Shown here: one piece after another, positions 8,952 to 18,079 of the stretch
Layout of the letters: each line of letters begins with the position of its first letter
How positions within the stretch are numbered: the stretch's first letter is position 1
Source: an uncultured Methylomagnum sp.
GTDB lineage: Bacteria; Pseudomonadota; Gammaproteobacteria; Methylococcales; Methylomonadaceae
NCBI GenBank assembly: GCA_964435245.1
Contig: CAYSYU010000020.1
Location: forward strand, 14,071-78,070
DNA: 64,000 nt
Reading direction: 5' to 3'
Notes under the pieces: model-generated
The model's database searches: none
Told to the model about the DNA's origin: nothing
What the model saw: only the letters and a program-made list of their open reading frames with translations
Translations under genes and position numbers: made by a program

Positions 8952-9341
8952 ATGAAAAAACAATATTATTTTCTAGCCGCATTGATGCTGGGGCTTTTTT
9001 CTTCAGTCGGCTTTGCATCTACTGTTGGTACGGACAGTGCCAATCATGAACATCATAAAGAAATGTTTTCGAATAATACTTTTATAGATGGGGATTGGAT
9101 CGGCAATCCCGGCAAAAAATGGTTAAAAGACAAACATGACCATAACGGTAGTGGTGGCGGAAACCATTGGGGCTGGGGAAATGGAGCATGGGAAAACTGG
9201 AATGGGCATCATAGCCAAAATTGGCATGATGAACATCACGGACATCATGACCATGGGCCGTCAACAGTCCCGTTACCTGCGGCGGTATGGTTATTTGGTT
9301 CAGTCTTGTTAGGTTTGGCTGGCTTAAAGCGTAAATCCTAA
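8952..9341 (+). CDS. His/Trp/Gly/Asn-rich secreted protein with VPLPA-CTERM sorting domain
   Basis: 129 aa with a signal peptide. The low-complexity core is HEHHKE...HDHNGSGGGNHWGWGNGAWENWNGHHSQNWHDEHHGHHDHG. The C-terminus VPLPAAVWLFGSVLLGLAGLKRKS matches the VPLPA variant of PEP-CTERM (motif, TM, basic tail). Confidence 0.75.
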   Translation: MKKQYYFLAALMLGLFSSVGFASTVGTDSANHEHHKEMFSNNTFIDGDWIGNPGKKWLKDKHDHNGSGGGNHWGWGNGAWENWNGHHSQNWHDEHHGHHDHGPSTVPLPAAVWLFGSVLLGLAGLKRKS

Positions 9342-9399
9342 GAAACTGACAACAGCAAATTAAGCGCAAGCTTTATTTGCTTAATGAGTTTCAAATTAG

Positions 9400-9434
9400 C
9401 CCGATTTGGCTTTTAAGTTAAATCGGGTTTTTTT
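9400..9434 (+). terminator. Rho-independent terminator after the VPLPA-CTERM gene
   Basis: CCCGATTT-loop-AAATCGGG followed by TTTTTTT. Confidence 0.7.
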
Positions 9435-9486
9435 ATTTTTGTTGCGTCCGTTGTACTGTCAAAAAATTTGGCAACGGGACGGATAT

Positions 9487-10932
9487 TCAATGGACTAAGA
9501 ACATCTTTGCCAAAGCCAGTACAATAAAGAAACCCATCGAATCGGTGATCGCCGTCAGCATGATACTGGTGCCCACAGCCGGGTCTTTGCCGAGTTTGTA
9601 ACGTCCCAAAGGGATGCTGAGACCCACCATTACAGCAACCAGGAGGTTAATCAACATTGCCGAACCTATGACTACTGATAGGGCCAGATTGTAATAAAGC
9701 ACCCAACTCAACAACCCGATAATAACGCCGATAAAAAAGCCATTCAGCAGCGCCAGTGTCAATTCTTTTTTGATCAAACGGCGCACGTTGACTGGATTGA
9801 TCTGCCCCAAAGCCAGGGACCGTATGATAAGGATACTGGTCTGGTTTCCGGTGTTGCCTCCCATTGCCGCAACAATGGGCATTAACGAGGCCAATGCGAC
9901 CAATTGCAGGATAGTGCCTTCAAATACGTCGATAATCCGGGTTGAAGCGAACGCCGTGGCGACATTGATCAGCAGCCAGCCCCAGCGGTTTTTTGCCGAT
10001 TTCCATACGCCGGAAAACAAATCTTCGTCTTCTTCGACGCCGGCATGGATTAGCATTTCCTCATCGGTTTTCTCGCGGATGAAATCCATCACACTGTCGA
10101 CACAAAGCCTTCCTTGCAGTTGGCCTTGCCCGTCCACCACAGGGGCGGAAATTAAGTCATAGCGTTCAAATGCTCTCGCCGCATCCGCCGTGTCCTCGTC
10201 GATTTGGAACTGGACAAAGTCCGTGACCATAGCCTCGGCAACATGTTGTGTGGGGGAGTGTGTAAGTAACCGCTGCAAAGGCAACACACCTTTGACGATA
10301 TTATGCTGGTCAACGACAAACAATTTATCGGTGTGGCTGGGTAATTTTCCCAACTTGCGGATATAGGTCGTGATAGCCCTAAGGTTTAGGTCGTCCCTGA
10401 CAGTTATCATGCCGAAATCCATAAACGCCCCGACCTGATCATCCTGGTACGAAAGGATTGTATCGAGGTCCTTACGCTCCTTACTGTTCAATGACCGCAA
10501 AATCTTGAGCATTGCCCTTCTGGGGATGTCAGCCGCAAGGTCTGCAATTTCATCGGTATCTAAACTGCTCGCAAAGGTCGCCAACTCCTCCTCTTCCATC
10601 CCTGAAATCAAGGTTTGCCTTACGGCATCGGACACCTCCAACAAGATTTGGCCCTCATGCTCACCCTTGATTGCATCCCAAACTACCTGACGTTCGTCTA
10701 GCGGCAAGGATTCTAGGATGAAAGCAATGTCAGCCGGATGTAAATCAGACAGCCGTTCCTGCAGCCTGACTTGATGCTGCTTGTTGACGAGGGCTTCTTC
10801 AAGGTCATGATGGCTGGAAGCGCTTTTGTGCACCAATGATTTTTCTAATTCCTGCTTTTCCAACAGCTCGACGATTGCCTGTAATTGCTGCTGTAGGAAT
10901 TGGGTGGAATCAAGCGGGTTTGGGGTATCCAT
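9487..10932 (-). CDS. mgtE: magnesium transporter MgtE
   Basis: 481 aa with an acidic N-domain, tandem CBS region and C-terminal 5-TM domain. The TM domain includes the MgtE-type motif ASLMPIVAAMGGNTGNQT. Confidence 0.95.
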   Translation of the reverse strand: MDTPNPLDSTQFLQQQLQAIVELLEKQELEKSLVHKSASSHHDLEEALVNKQHQVRLQERLSDLHPADIAFILESLPLDERQVVWDAIKGEHEGQILLEVSDAVRQTLISGMEEEELATFASSLDTDEIADLAADIPRRAMLKILRSLNSKERKDLDTILSYQDDQVGAFMDFGMITVRDDLNLRAITTYIRKLGKLPSHTDKLFVVDQHNIVKGVLPLQRLLTHSPTQHVAEAMVTDFVQFQIDEDTADAARAFERYDLISAPVVDGQGQLQGRLCVDSVMDFIREKTDEEMLIHAGVEEDEDLFSGVWKSAKNRWGWLLINVATAFASTRIIDVFEGTILQLVALASLMPIVAAMGGNTGNQTSILIIRSLALGQINPVNVRRLIKKELTLALLNGFFIGVIIGLLSWVLYYNLALSVVIGSAMLINLLVAVMVGLSIPLGRYKLGKDPAVGTSIMLTAITDSMGFFIVLALAKMFLVH

Positions 10933-11187
10933 AATACATTTATTAAATTTTTTAATTACTTAAGGTTCGGGCAAACCATCAGGGTGCTAGTACTAAACGC
11001 CAGGAATGGTTAGTCCAAAGTTAATAACTGTATGTTACGGTTATCCTCAGGAATGGATTTTACAGGACAAAAATAGGGATTTTTGCGCAAGTCCCTGCCT
11101 AAAAGCCATCCTTGGACAGATACACTGTGTTGGTTGAAGGGCTGCGCTGCTTTAATCCACCTTGGGTGGGGAAACAGTTAACGGATT

Positions 11188-11934
11188 TTACGGTAAAGTC
11201 CTGGCCAATAGTTCTTTCCAAAGCTCATGGTAAGCTTTAGCGGAACGGCTTTTACCGCTGAAAGCAGCCAGCGGCTTTCGCTCCAAACCCATACGTTCAA
11301 TATCGCTTGCGTAGGGTATGGCGGTCATTAACAGGTCGGGACAATCGGCATAAACTTCCCGCATTATATCCTTATGCATTTTTTTTCGGCTATCGACCAT
11401 GGAAAAAAAAGGCACTACTCGCGTATTTGTCAAATCATGCTCTTCAACAAATGCCTTTAATTGGGCTAAAGTCCTTAAAGACAGTGTAGTAGGAATTATA
11501 GGCGATAATAACAAATCGGCCGCTTCAAAAACGGCTTCTGACAACAAGGAAATGCTGGGCGGACAATCTAAGAAAATATAGTCGTAGTCATTTGTTAAGG
11601 GTTGGAGGCGTTTTTTTAATTGGCGGGTTGGCTTTTTCTTGTCGTCCAAGAGCAAATCCAGGTTCCTGAACGAAAAATCCGCGGGGATTAAGTCCAAATT
11701 TTCAAAATCAGTGCCTTTGATCAATTCGTCCAAATCCCGCTTGTTGCCCATCAGGCTTTTACCGCCGCCTTTGATCTTAGGCTTTATACGAAAATAATAA
11801 CTGCTGGCGCCTTGGGGATCCAGGTCCCAAACCAGTGTGCGATAACCGTCTTGGGCAGCGTTGAATGCGAGGTTGACTGCGCTTGAGGTTTTCCCCACAC
11901 CGCCTTTAATACTGTATAAAGCCAATATTTTCAT
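11188..11934 (-). CDS. ParA/MinD-family ATPase (orphan, no adjacent ParB)
   Basis: 248 aa with deviant Walker A SIKGGVGKTS, Walker A' (VWDLDPQG) and Walker B (YIFLDCPP). Confidence 0.9.
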   Translation of the reverse strand: MKILALYSIKGGVGKTSSAVNLAFNAAQDGYRTLVWDLDPQGASSYYFRIKPKIKGGGKSLMGNKRDLDELIKGTDFENLDLIPADFSFRNLDLLLDDKKKPTRQLKKRLQPLTNDYDYIFLDCPPSISLLSEAVFEAADLLLSPIIPTTLSLRTLAQLKAFVEEHDLTNTRVVPFFSMVDSRKKMHKDIMREVYADCPDLLMTAIPYASDIERMGLERKPLAAFSGKSRSAKAYHELWKELLARTLP

Positions 11935-12166
11935 TGTACGCCTAGGGTTTGATAACCAAAAATATTACTCAATGATAGCGCCAGGGCTATCCCATGTGCC
12001 CGCCAAGACAAATTCACTGGCAGCCCTATTTTTCCCAGCTTTGTGTTTTGATTTATTGAAGTTGCGCATATTGTTAATCCCTAAGAAAAACATTCCCTAA
12101 AAATTAGTTAACTGGTTTTTAAGGGACTTAAAAAAATCCATGGGAATTCGGAACGCTTATAAGGGC

Positions 12167-13690
12167 CTAAGATTTTTTGGGTGCAAACAAGTCATGAAAA
12201 ACCGTATGGGTTTCCGGCTTCCTAAACGATTCAAATTGCAATGAAAAGTTGTCCCGGGCTTTGCATTTGCGGTTTTCAAAGTCTTGGATCAATACGCCCA
12301 TGGCCATAAAGGTTTTGTTAGGGGTATTGATTGCCTGCATTTCTTCGCTATATTGTTGTAGGCGTTCTTGCTGGACAGCATAATCTTGATGGTCGCCCAA
12401 CACTTCTTGCAAATTTTTCAAACGCTTAATTAACTTATCCATGCTCTTGTCTGGGTAAAGATGTTGGAAAAATTCCATTAAATAACGGAGTTTTTTGCAA
12501 GTCTTCCTGAGTTTATGCAAGGCTTCTGGCGGCGAATGCCGGTCGATTGCTCGACCGTCTTTAATGGCTTGTTTATAGGTTTTCCAAATCCTTTTGTCAG
12601 CCAATTCCTTGATGGTTAGCTTGGCATTCGCTTCAGTTGGATAATCCGATGGCGGCGAACAAAGATATCCTTCCCACTCCGCCAGCATCGTTAAATATTT
12701 GCTTGAACGCAATTTTTTGGCCAGTTGCCGGTGAGATTTATCTTTTTTTATCGTCAAAAAATGTTCCAAAGGACTGATGCCTTGCCTGATAACAGCAGGC
12801 ATTTTCTTTTTGTATTGCCCAAAATTCAACAAGTAGACATCCAAATCGCGTGTTTCTCCAGTAATCTGGCCTAACCAGGAGAAAAATTCCTTATATCGCG
12901 AAATTGCGTCTTCCGGTAAAACGCCTTTTACTTGGCTTAAACCGACGCGTGTCCTTCTGACCGCGACCCTAAAGTCATGCAAAAACTCACTATCGGTATC
13001 TGCTATGGTGCCCTGTTCGTTCAATTTGATCGTGCGCAACAGAGTGCTAAAAATAGTTTTGCAGGCAATGTCCGCGCGCATATCAGGGGTTAGCCGGATG
13101 TCCAACTTTGACGAATAATCTTTGGGATGCCTGCCTTGCAACCTTAATGCATCCAATAAAATGGGCTTGTTTGCAAAGTTTAACCGCATGTCTTCGCTGA
13201 GTAATCCGGCTATGTGTTTGGCAGCCTTGTCATAACCCTTTACAGGAAATAGGGTAAGGCGATTGTTTAGCAACTCAAACTCTTCGATTAATACCCGTAG
13301 CACGACTTTTTCGTCCTTATTGAGGATATCTAAGTGATGTACCTCGCATTCTAATGTACAAACCGCCAATAATGCCCGTACTCCCAGCAGCGGCTCTAGC
13401 GTCTGCCTGACCTTTCCGGGGTTGAATTGCTTACTGAATGACGGCATGTCGAAAAGGATGGTGCTCGCAATCAGCTCGCCAGTCCGATTGGTAAGCATTA
13501 GGGATGAGGATTGTTTTGAGCGGTTGAATTCGCAGATTACGCCATCCCTGTATAAGCGCCAATCAAAACTGTCGTAGTAGGTTTTTAATAGGTATTGCCT
13601 GGAAGCAAGGTGCGTTTCCACCTTATCGCCCAGTGCCGAGATCAGCTTTGCGGCTGTTAAATTAGCGGGTAACTCAAAATGGGTGTCCAT
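12167..13690 (-). CDS. CHAD domain-containing protein with an N-terminal CYTH-like region
   Basis: 507 aa. The C-terminal half shows the two CHAD signature helices (FLHDFRVAVRRTRVGLSQ and ALHKLRKTCKKLRYLMEFFQHLYP). The N-terminal ~200 aa has CYTH-like length and position, but I do not see the canonical ExExK motif. Confidence 0.75.
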   Translation of the reverse strand: MDTHFELPANLTAAKLISALGDKVETHLASRQYLLKTYYDSFDWRLYRDGVICEFNRSKQSSSLMLTNRTGELIASTILFDMPSFSKQFNPGKVRQTLEPLLGVRALLAVCTLECEVHHLDILNKDEKVVLRVLIEEFELLNNRLTLFPVKGYDKAAKHIAGLLSEDMRLNFANKPILLDALRLQGRHPKDYSSKLDIRLTPDMRADIACKTIFSTLLRTIKLNEQGTIADTDSEFLHDFRVAVRRTRVGLSQVKGVLPEDAISRYKEFFSWLGQITGETRDLDVYLLNFGQYKKKMPAVIRQGISPLEHFLTIKKDKSHRQLAKKLRSSKYLTMLAEWEGYLCSPPSDYPTEANAKLTIKELADKRIWKTYKQAIKDGRAIDRHSPPEALHKLRKTCKKLRYLMEFFQHLYPDKSMDKLIKRLKNLQEVLGDHQDYAVQQERLQQYSEEMQAINTPNKTFMAMGVLIQDFENRKCKARDNFSLQFESFRKPETHTVFHDLFAPKKS

Positions 13691-13903
13691 CTTCTAAAGG
13701 GTGCCTTTAAGGAATCGTCTATACACAGTACTGTAATAATTAAGTATTATCATTTGATGACAGGCATCATATAACACATCGGTACTATATGATTATACAA
13801 GGCCATAATACGGCGCATACCTTAAACTATGCCATAACTAATAGTTTTTCAAAATAAAACTGACTTTGATATTATTGGGTCAAACGATTAATCAGGCATA
13901 AAA

Positions 13904-14434
13904 ATGACCAGAGAATTATTGCTAATGCGCCATGGTAAAGCAGAGCGCTATGATGGTTACGAAGATTATGACCGGCGTTTAAAGAAACGCGGGAAACGGG
14001 ATGCTGCCCGCATGGGCGGGTGGCTAAAAAAACAAGGCCTTGTACCTGATTTGGTCATTAGCTCGCCAGCGGCGCGGGCAATCATGACGGCAAAATTAGT
14101 GTGCGATGCCTTAGATATCGAACGGAAGCATATCCAAATGGAAAAACGCCTTTATGATGAAGGATTGGCACGGGTGCGGGCCGTGTTGGCGGATTGCCCG
14201 CTTACTTTCAACCGAGTGCTTCTGGTTGGCCATAATCCCGAGCTTGAGGATTTGCTGACTTATTTGGCCAATGCCGTAGATATCCCCGATGTCGACAAAT
14301 TGCTCCCAACATCGGCTTTGGCAAGGCTGGTTTTACCGGATGACTGGTCGCAACTGGAAAAAGATTGTGCGAAATTGTCATCTATCACTTACCCGAAATC
14401 CTTGGCCGATGAACCTGAAGATTCGTTTGATTAA
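13904..14434 (+). CDS. sixA: phosphohistidine phosphatase SixA-like (histidine phosphatase superfamily)
   Basis: 176 aa with the LLLMRHGKA (RHG) catalytic motif, ISSPAARA and LLVGHNPELEDL. Confidence 0.8.
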   Translation: MTRELLLMRHGKAERYDGYEDYDRRLKKRGKRDAARMGGWLKKQGLVPDLVISSPAARAIMTAKLVCDALDIERKHIQMEKRLYDEGLARVRAVLADCPLTFNRVLLVGHNPELEDLLTYLANAVDIPDVDKLLPTSALARLVLPDDWSQLEKDCAKLSSITYPKSLADEPEDSFD

Positions 14435-14442
14435 ATAGTCCG

Positions 14443-14460
14443 TTGTCATATTTCTGTCAT
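14443..14460 (+). promoter_or_regulatory. Pho box (PhoB binding site) upstream of pstS
   Basis: TTGTCATATTTCTGTCAT is two direct TGTCAT repeats at 11-bp periodicity, 66 nt upstream of the pstS ATG. The E. coli-type consensus is CTGTCAT-A(A/T)A(T/A)-CTGTCA(C/T). Confidence 0.65.
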
Positions 14461-14525
14461 ATTAGGCATTTAAGCTTTGTACGTTCACGAGATATTATTT
14501 TATACCCGATAAGAGAGTCAGCTAA

Positions 14526-15509
14526 ATGAAATCAATTTTTAAAATAAAAACACTTGCCGCTACGGTTGGCTTTGTATATGCAGGGTTGGCTGGCACAACA
14601 GCCTATGCCGTGCAAACCGTCGATGCGGACGTCCCCGCCTATCAAGCCGCCAGCGGCATTTCCGGCAACCTTTCAAGCGTGGGTTCCGACACCTTGGCTA
14701 ACTTGATGACCCTCTGGGCAGAAGACTTTAATCGCGCTTACCCAAACGTCAACATCCAAATCCAGGCTGCGGGTTCTTCGACAGCGCCGCCAGCGCTTAC
14801 CGAAGGCACATCTAACCTAGGCCCGATGAGCCGAGAAATGAAAGACGACGAAATAGAGGCTTTCGAAGGCAAATACGGCTACAAGCCTACGGCAATTCCT
14901 GTGGCAGTTGACGCCCTCGCCATTTTGGTTAACAAAGATAACCCAATAAAAGGTTTGACGATGGAACAGGTTGACGGTATTTTTTCCTCAACCAACAAGT
15001 GCGGCGGCTCAGCCAGCATCGAGACTTGGGGCGATGCCGGCGTCGCTGCATGGGGTGCAAAGACCATCCAATTATACGGACGTAACTCGGTATCCGGCAC
15101 TTACGGCTATTTTAAGGAACATGCCTTATGTAAGGGCGATTTTAAGAGCAACGTCAACGAACAACCCGGATCCGCTTCGGTTGTGCAATCGGTTACCGAA
15201 TCTGTAAATGGCATTGGTTATTCCGGTATGGGTTATTCCACTTCAGGCGTAAGGATGGTGCCTTTGGCAAAAAAAGGCAGCACGACCTTTGTTGAAGCGA
15301 CTCCAGCAAATGCGTTGAGCGGTACTTATCCATTGACGCGCTACTTATACATATATGTCAACAAAAAACCTAACCAGCCATTGGCGCCATTGGAAAACGA
15401 GTTCATCAAAATGGTCTTGTCCCAAACCGGGCAACAATCTGTGATTAAAGACGGTTATATTCCCTTACCTGCAAAGGTGGTGTCGAAGGCATTGGCGGTA
15501 CTCAAATAA
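14526..15509 (+). CDS. pstS: phosphate ABC transporter substrate-binding protein PstS
   Basis: 327 aa with a signal peptide and PstS-family motifs ([36 protein letters not shown]). Confidence 0.95.
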   Translation: MKSIFKIKTLAATVGFVYAGLAGTTAYAVQTVDADVPAYQAASGISGNLSSVGSDTLANLMTLWAEDFNRAYPNVNIQIQAAGSSTAPPALTEGTSNLGPMSREMKDDEIEAFEGKYGYKPTAIPVAVDALAILVNKDNPIKGLTMEQVDGIFSSTNKCGGSASIETWGDAGVAAWGAKTIQLYGRNSVSGTYGYFKEHALCKGDFKSNVNEQPGSASVVQSVTESVNGIGYSGMGYSTSGVRMVPLAKKGSTTFVEATPANALSGTYPLTRYLYIYVNKKPNQPLAPLENEFIKMVLSQTGQQSVIKDGYIPLPAKVVSKALAVLK

Positions 15510-15616
15510 TTAAGTTACAAACAATCGTCATGTTTCAGGGCTAATGCAGCAAGGATGACAAGCCTGAAGTAACCACACACTCCCTCCTCAAAAAGTGTAT
15601 GGTGGGGTAACCTGCA

Positions 15617-15653
15617 ATGGCTGAAATCTTCCCGCAGATTTCGGCCATTTTTA
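15617..15653 (+). terminator. intrinsic terminator/attenuator between pstS and pstC
   Basis: 13-bp stem ATGGCTGAAATCT/AGATTTCGGCCAT (one G-U pair) followed by TTTTTAT. This fits the usual excess of pstS transcript over pstCAB. Confidence 0.7.
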
Positions 15654-15796
15654 TCCGTTAATACCGAAATAACGCACATTATGCCCGCTTTAACCCTTAT
15701 CAAACCGTTATTGAGTTAAAAATGAAGCCGCTGGATTTATATCTTTAAGCCTAAAGAATACATGAAGTTGTCATTTATTGACCTTACAATATCACG

Positions 15797-18079
15797 ATGC
15801 CTGAAAACCTAGCCTACGACCAAACTTCAAAAGCAGTCCCTCTCGCTGCTAGCCATGCCTACCAAAAATGGCGCTTGCTGAAAGATGCATTGGCGCGTAA
15901 TTTCGTCATCGTCGGCGGCCTTAGCATCATTGTTGCTATCGTTTTGATTTTCTTCTACCTGTTGTATGTGGTTGTGCCTTTGTTCGCGTCGGCGAAAATT
16001 AACCCAATCGCTGAATACGAAGTTCCAGAGCTTTCCTTGGGGAAAACGGTTTTGCTGGAAACGGAAGAACAGAATGAAGTGGCGGCGCGATTTACCGACA
16101 GCGGAAACATTATTTTTTTTGAAGTGGCTACGGGCAAAAATTTATTTACCCAAGCGATAAAAATTCCTGAAGGCACGCATATTATCAGCTTTGCCCAAAG
16201 TAGCCTGATTAGCGGCGGCGGGGTGGCATACGGGTTATCAGACGGCAGGGTGGTTGTTGTAAAGCTCCAATACCAGGAAACTTTCCTCAGTAATAAACGC
16301 CAAATTAAGCCATCGATTGAATACCCGCAAGGTGAACAACCGCTAGTCATCGACGAGGCTGGAGCTCCTTTGGAACAGCTGGCGGTCAAAATGGAATCCG
16401 ACAAAACCATCATAGCCGCAAAAACCGCAGATAAAGTCCATTTGGTCAGTTTTGTCAAAGAGCAAGCTTTGTTTGCCGATGAAGCCGTAACCACCAGGAC
16501 GGCTGCAACTTTGGATGGCATATCTAACAAAGTTGTTGTTAACCTGTTGATCGATAAAGAAGACAGCCAACTTTATTTAATGGATAATGAAGGCCTGCTA
16601 AGCGCCTATGACATCAGCGACAAAACCGCCCCTAAACTGAAACATCAACAAAATGTCATCGAAGCAGGGCAAACCGTCACCAGTTTGGCCTTCTTGAATG
16701 GCGACCTTTCCCTGCTAGTGGGCGATTCCTCAGGTAAGGTGTCGCAATGGACGCAAGTCAAAAACGAACTTAAACAGTTGGCCTTTAAAAAAATCCGGGC
16801 ATTCCAAGTCTCGGATAAAGCGGTCGTCGCCATTGAAGCGGAGCAACGGCGGAAAGGGTTTATGACGGTTGATGAGGACGGCTATGTAGGCTTGTTTAAT
16901 TCAACCGCGGAACGGGAATTAATAAAAGAACGCGTCAGTCAGTCTTCGCCTCTGGCTGCGCTATTGTCGCCCAGGTCAAACCGGTTATTGCTGGAAACCA
17001 AAGACGGTAAGATACACGTTTGGGATATCCGCAATGAACATCCCGAAGTATCCATAAAATCCCTTTGGCAGAAAGTGTGGTACGAAAGCTATACGAAGCC
17101 CGACTTTATTTGGCAATCGTCGTCCGCCAGCAATGATTTTGAGCCGAAATACAGTTTGGTGCCGCTAGTTTTCGGTACCTTAAAGGCTGCTTTTTATGCC
17201 ATGCTGGTCGCCATGCCGCTGGCTTTGTTGGGCGCTATTTACACCGCCTATTTCATGGCGCCGCAAATGCGCCAATTGGTAAAACCGGCAATTGAGTTGA
17301 TGGGCGCTTTACCGACTGTCATCTTAGGTTTTTTGGCCGGCCTTTGGTTGGCGCCGTTTATTGAAAAACATTTGGCTGGATTGTTTTTGTCAATGGTTTC
17401 GCTACCGGTAGCCGTCATGCTATTTGCCCTTTGTTGGCAATTTTTGCCAAAATCCCAGCGCCAAAAAATACCTGAAGGCTGGGAGGCGGCTATCTTAATC
17501 CCGGTTATTGTCCTGATTGGGTGGCTTGCTTTTACGGTTAGCGTCCCCCTAGAAACCTTAATATTCCATGGCTCATTACGGGACTGGTTTAATCACGAAT
17601 TTGGTATTGGCTACGATCAACGAAACGCCCTGATAGTGGGGATCGCGATGGGCTTTGCGGTAATCCCGACGATTTTTTCCATTGCCGAGGACGCCATATT
17701 CAGCGTCCCCAAACATTTGACAGTTGGTTCGTTAGCCCTTGGTGCAACGACATGGCAGACGATGACCAAAGTGGTTTTATTGACGGCCAGCCCGGGCATT
17801 TTTTCCGCCGTCATGATAGGCCTGGGGCGTGCAGTTGGTGAAACCATGATTGTCTTAATGGCTACTGGAAATACACCCGTCATGGATTTTAGTATTTTCC
17901 AAGGCTTACGGACATTGGCGGCCAATGTCGCCGTGGAAATGCCGGAATCGGAAGTTGACAGTACCCATTACCGCGTTTTGTTTTTGACCGCCTTGGTGTT
18001 GTTCTTGTTTACTTTCGTTTTTAACACGCTGGCAGAAATTATCCGTCAACGTTTACGTGAAAAATACAGTTCTTTATGA
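15797..18079 (+). CDS. pstC: phosphate ABC transporter permease PstC, long form with ~400-aa extracytoplasmic insertion
   Basis: 760 aa. One N-terminal TM is followed by a long soluble region with WD-like motifs (GDSSGKVSQW, DGKIHVWD). The PstC permease core is in the last ~300 aa. The stop overlaps the pstA start (ATGA). Confidence 0.9.
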   Translation: MPENLAYDQTSKAVPLAASHAYQKWRLLKDALARNFVIVGGLSIIVAIVLIFFYLLYVVVPLFASAKINPIAEYEVPELSLGKTVLLETEEQNEVAARFTDSGNIIFFEVATGKNLFTQAIKIPEGTHIISFAQSSLISGGGVAYGLSDGRVVVVKLQYQETFLSNKRQIKPSIEYPQGEQPLVIDEAGAPLEQLAVKMESDKTIIAAKTADKVHLVSFVKEQALFADEAVTTRTAATLDGISNKVVVNLLIDKEDSQLYLMDNEGLLSAYDISDKTAPKLKHQQNVIEAGQTVTSLAFLNGDLSLLVGDSSGKVSQWTQVKNELKQLAFKKIRAFQVSDKAVVAIEAEQRRKGFMTVDEDGYVGLFNSTAERELIKERVSQSSPLAALLSPRSNRLLLETKDGKIHVWDIRNEHPEVSIKSLWQKVWYESYTKPDFIWQSSSASNDFEPKYSLVPLVFGTLKAAFYAMLVAMPLALLGAIYTAYFMAPQMRQLVKPAIELMGALPTVILGFLAGLWLAPFIEKHLAGLFLSMVSLPVAVMLFALCWQFLPKSQRQKIPEGWEAAILIPVIVLIGWLAFTVSVPLETLIFHGSLRDWFNHEFGIGYDQRNALIVGIAMGFAVIPTIFSIAEDAIFSVPKHLTVGSLALGATTWQTMTKVVLLTASPGIFSAVMIGLGRAVGETMIVLMATGNTPVMDFSIFQGLRTLAANVAVEMPESEVDSTHYRVLFLTALVLFLFTFVFNTLAEIIRQRLREKYSSL

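Noticed and set aside
10933-11187. M-box (Mg2+) riboswitch in the 255-nt mgtE leader
   Set aside because: Reading the minus-strand leader, I found no M-box core motifs. I found only a weak 5-bp hairpin plus T-run (about 11060..11095), which is more simply the parA terminator.
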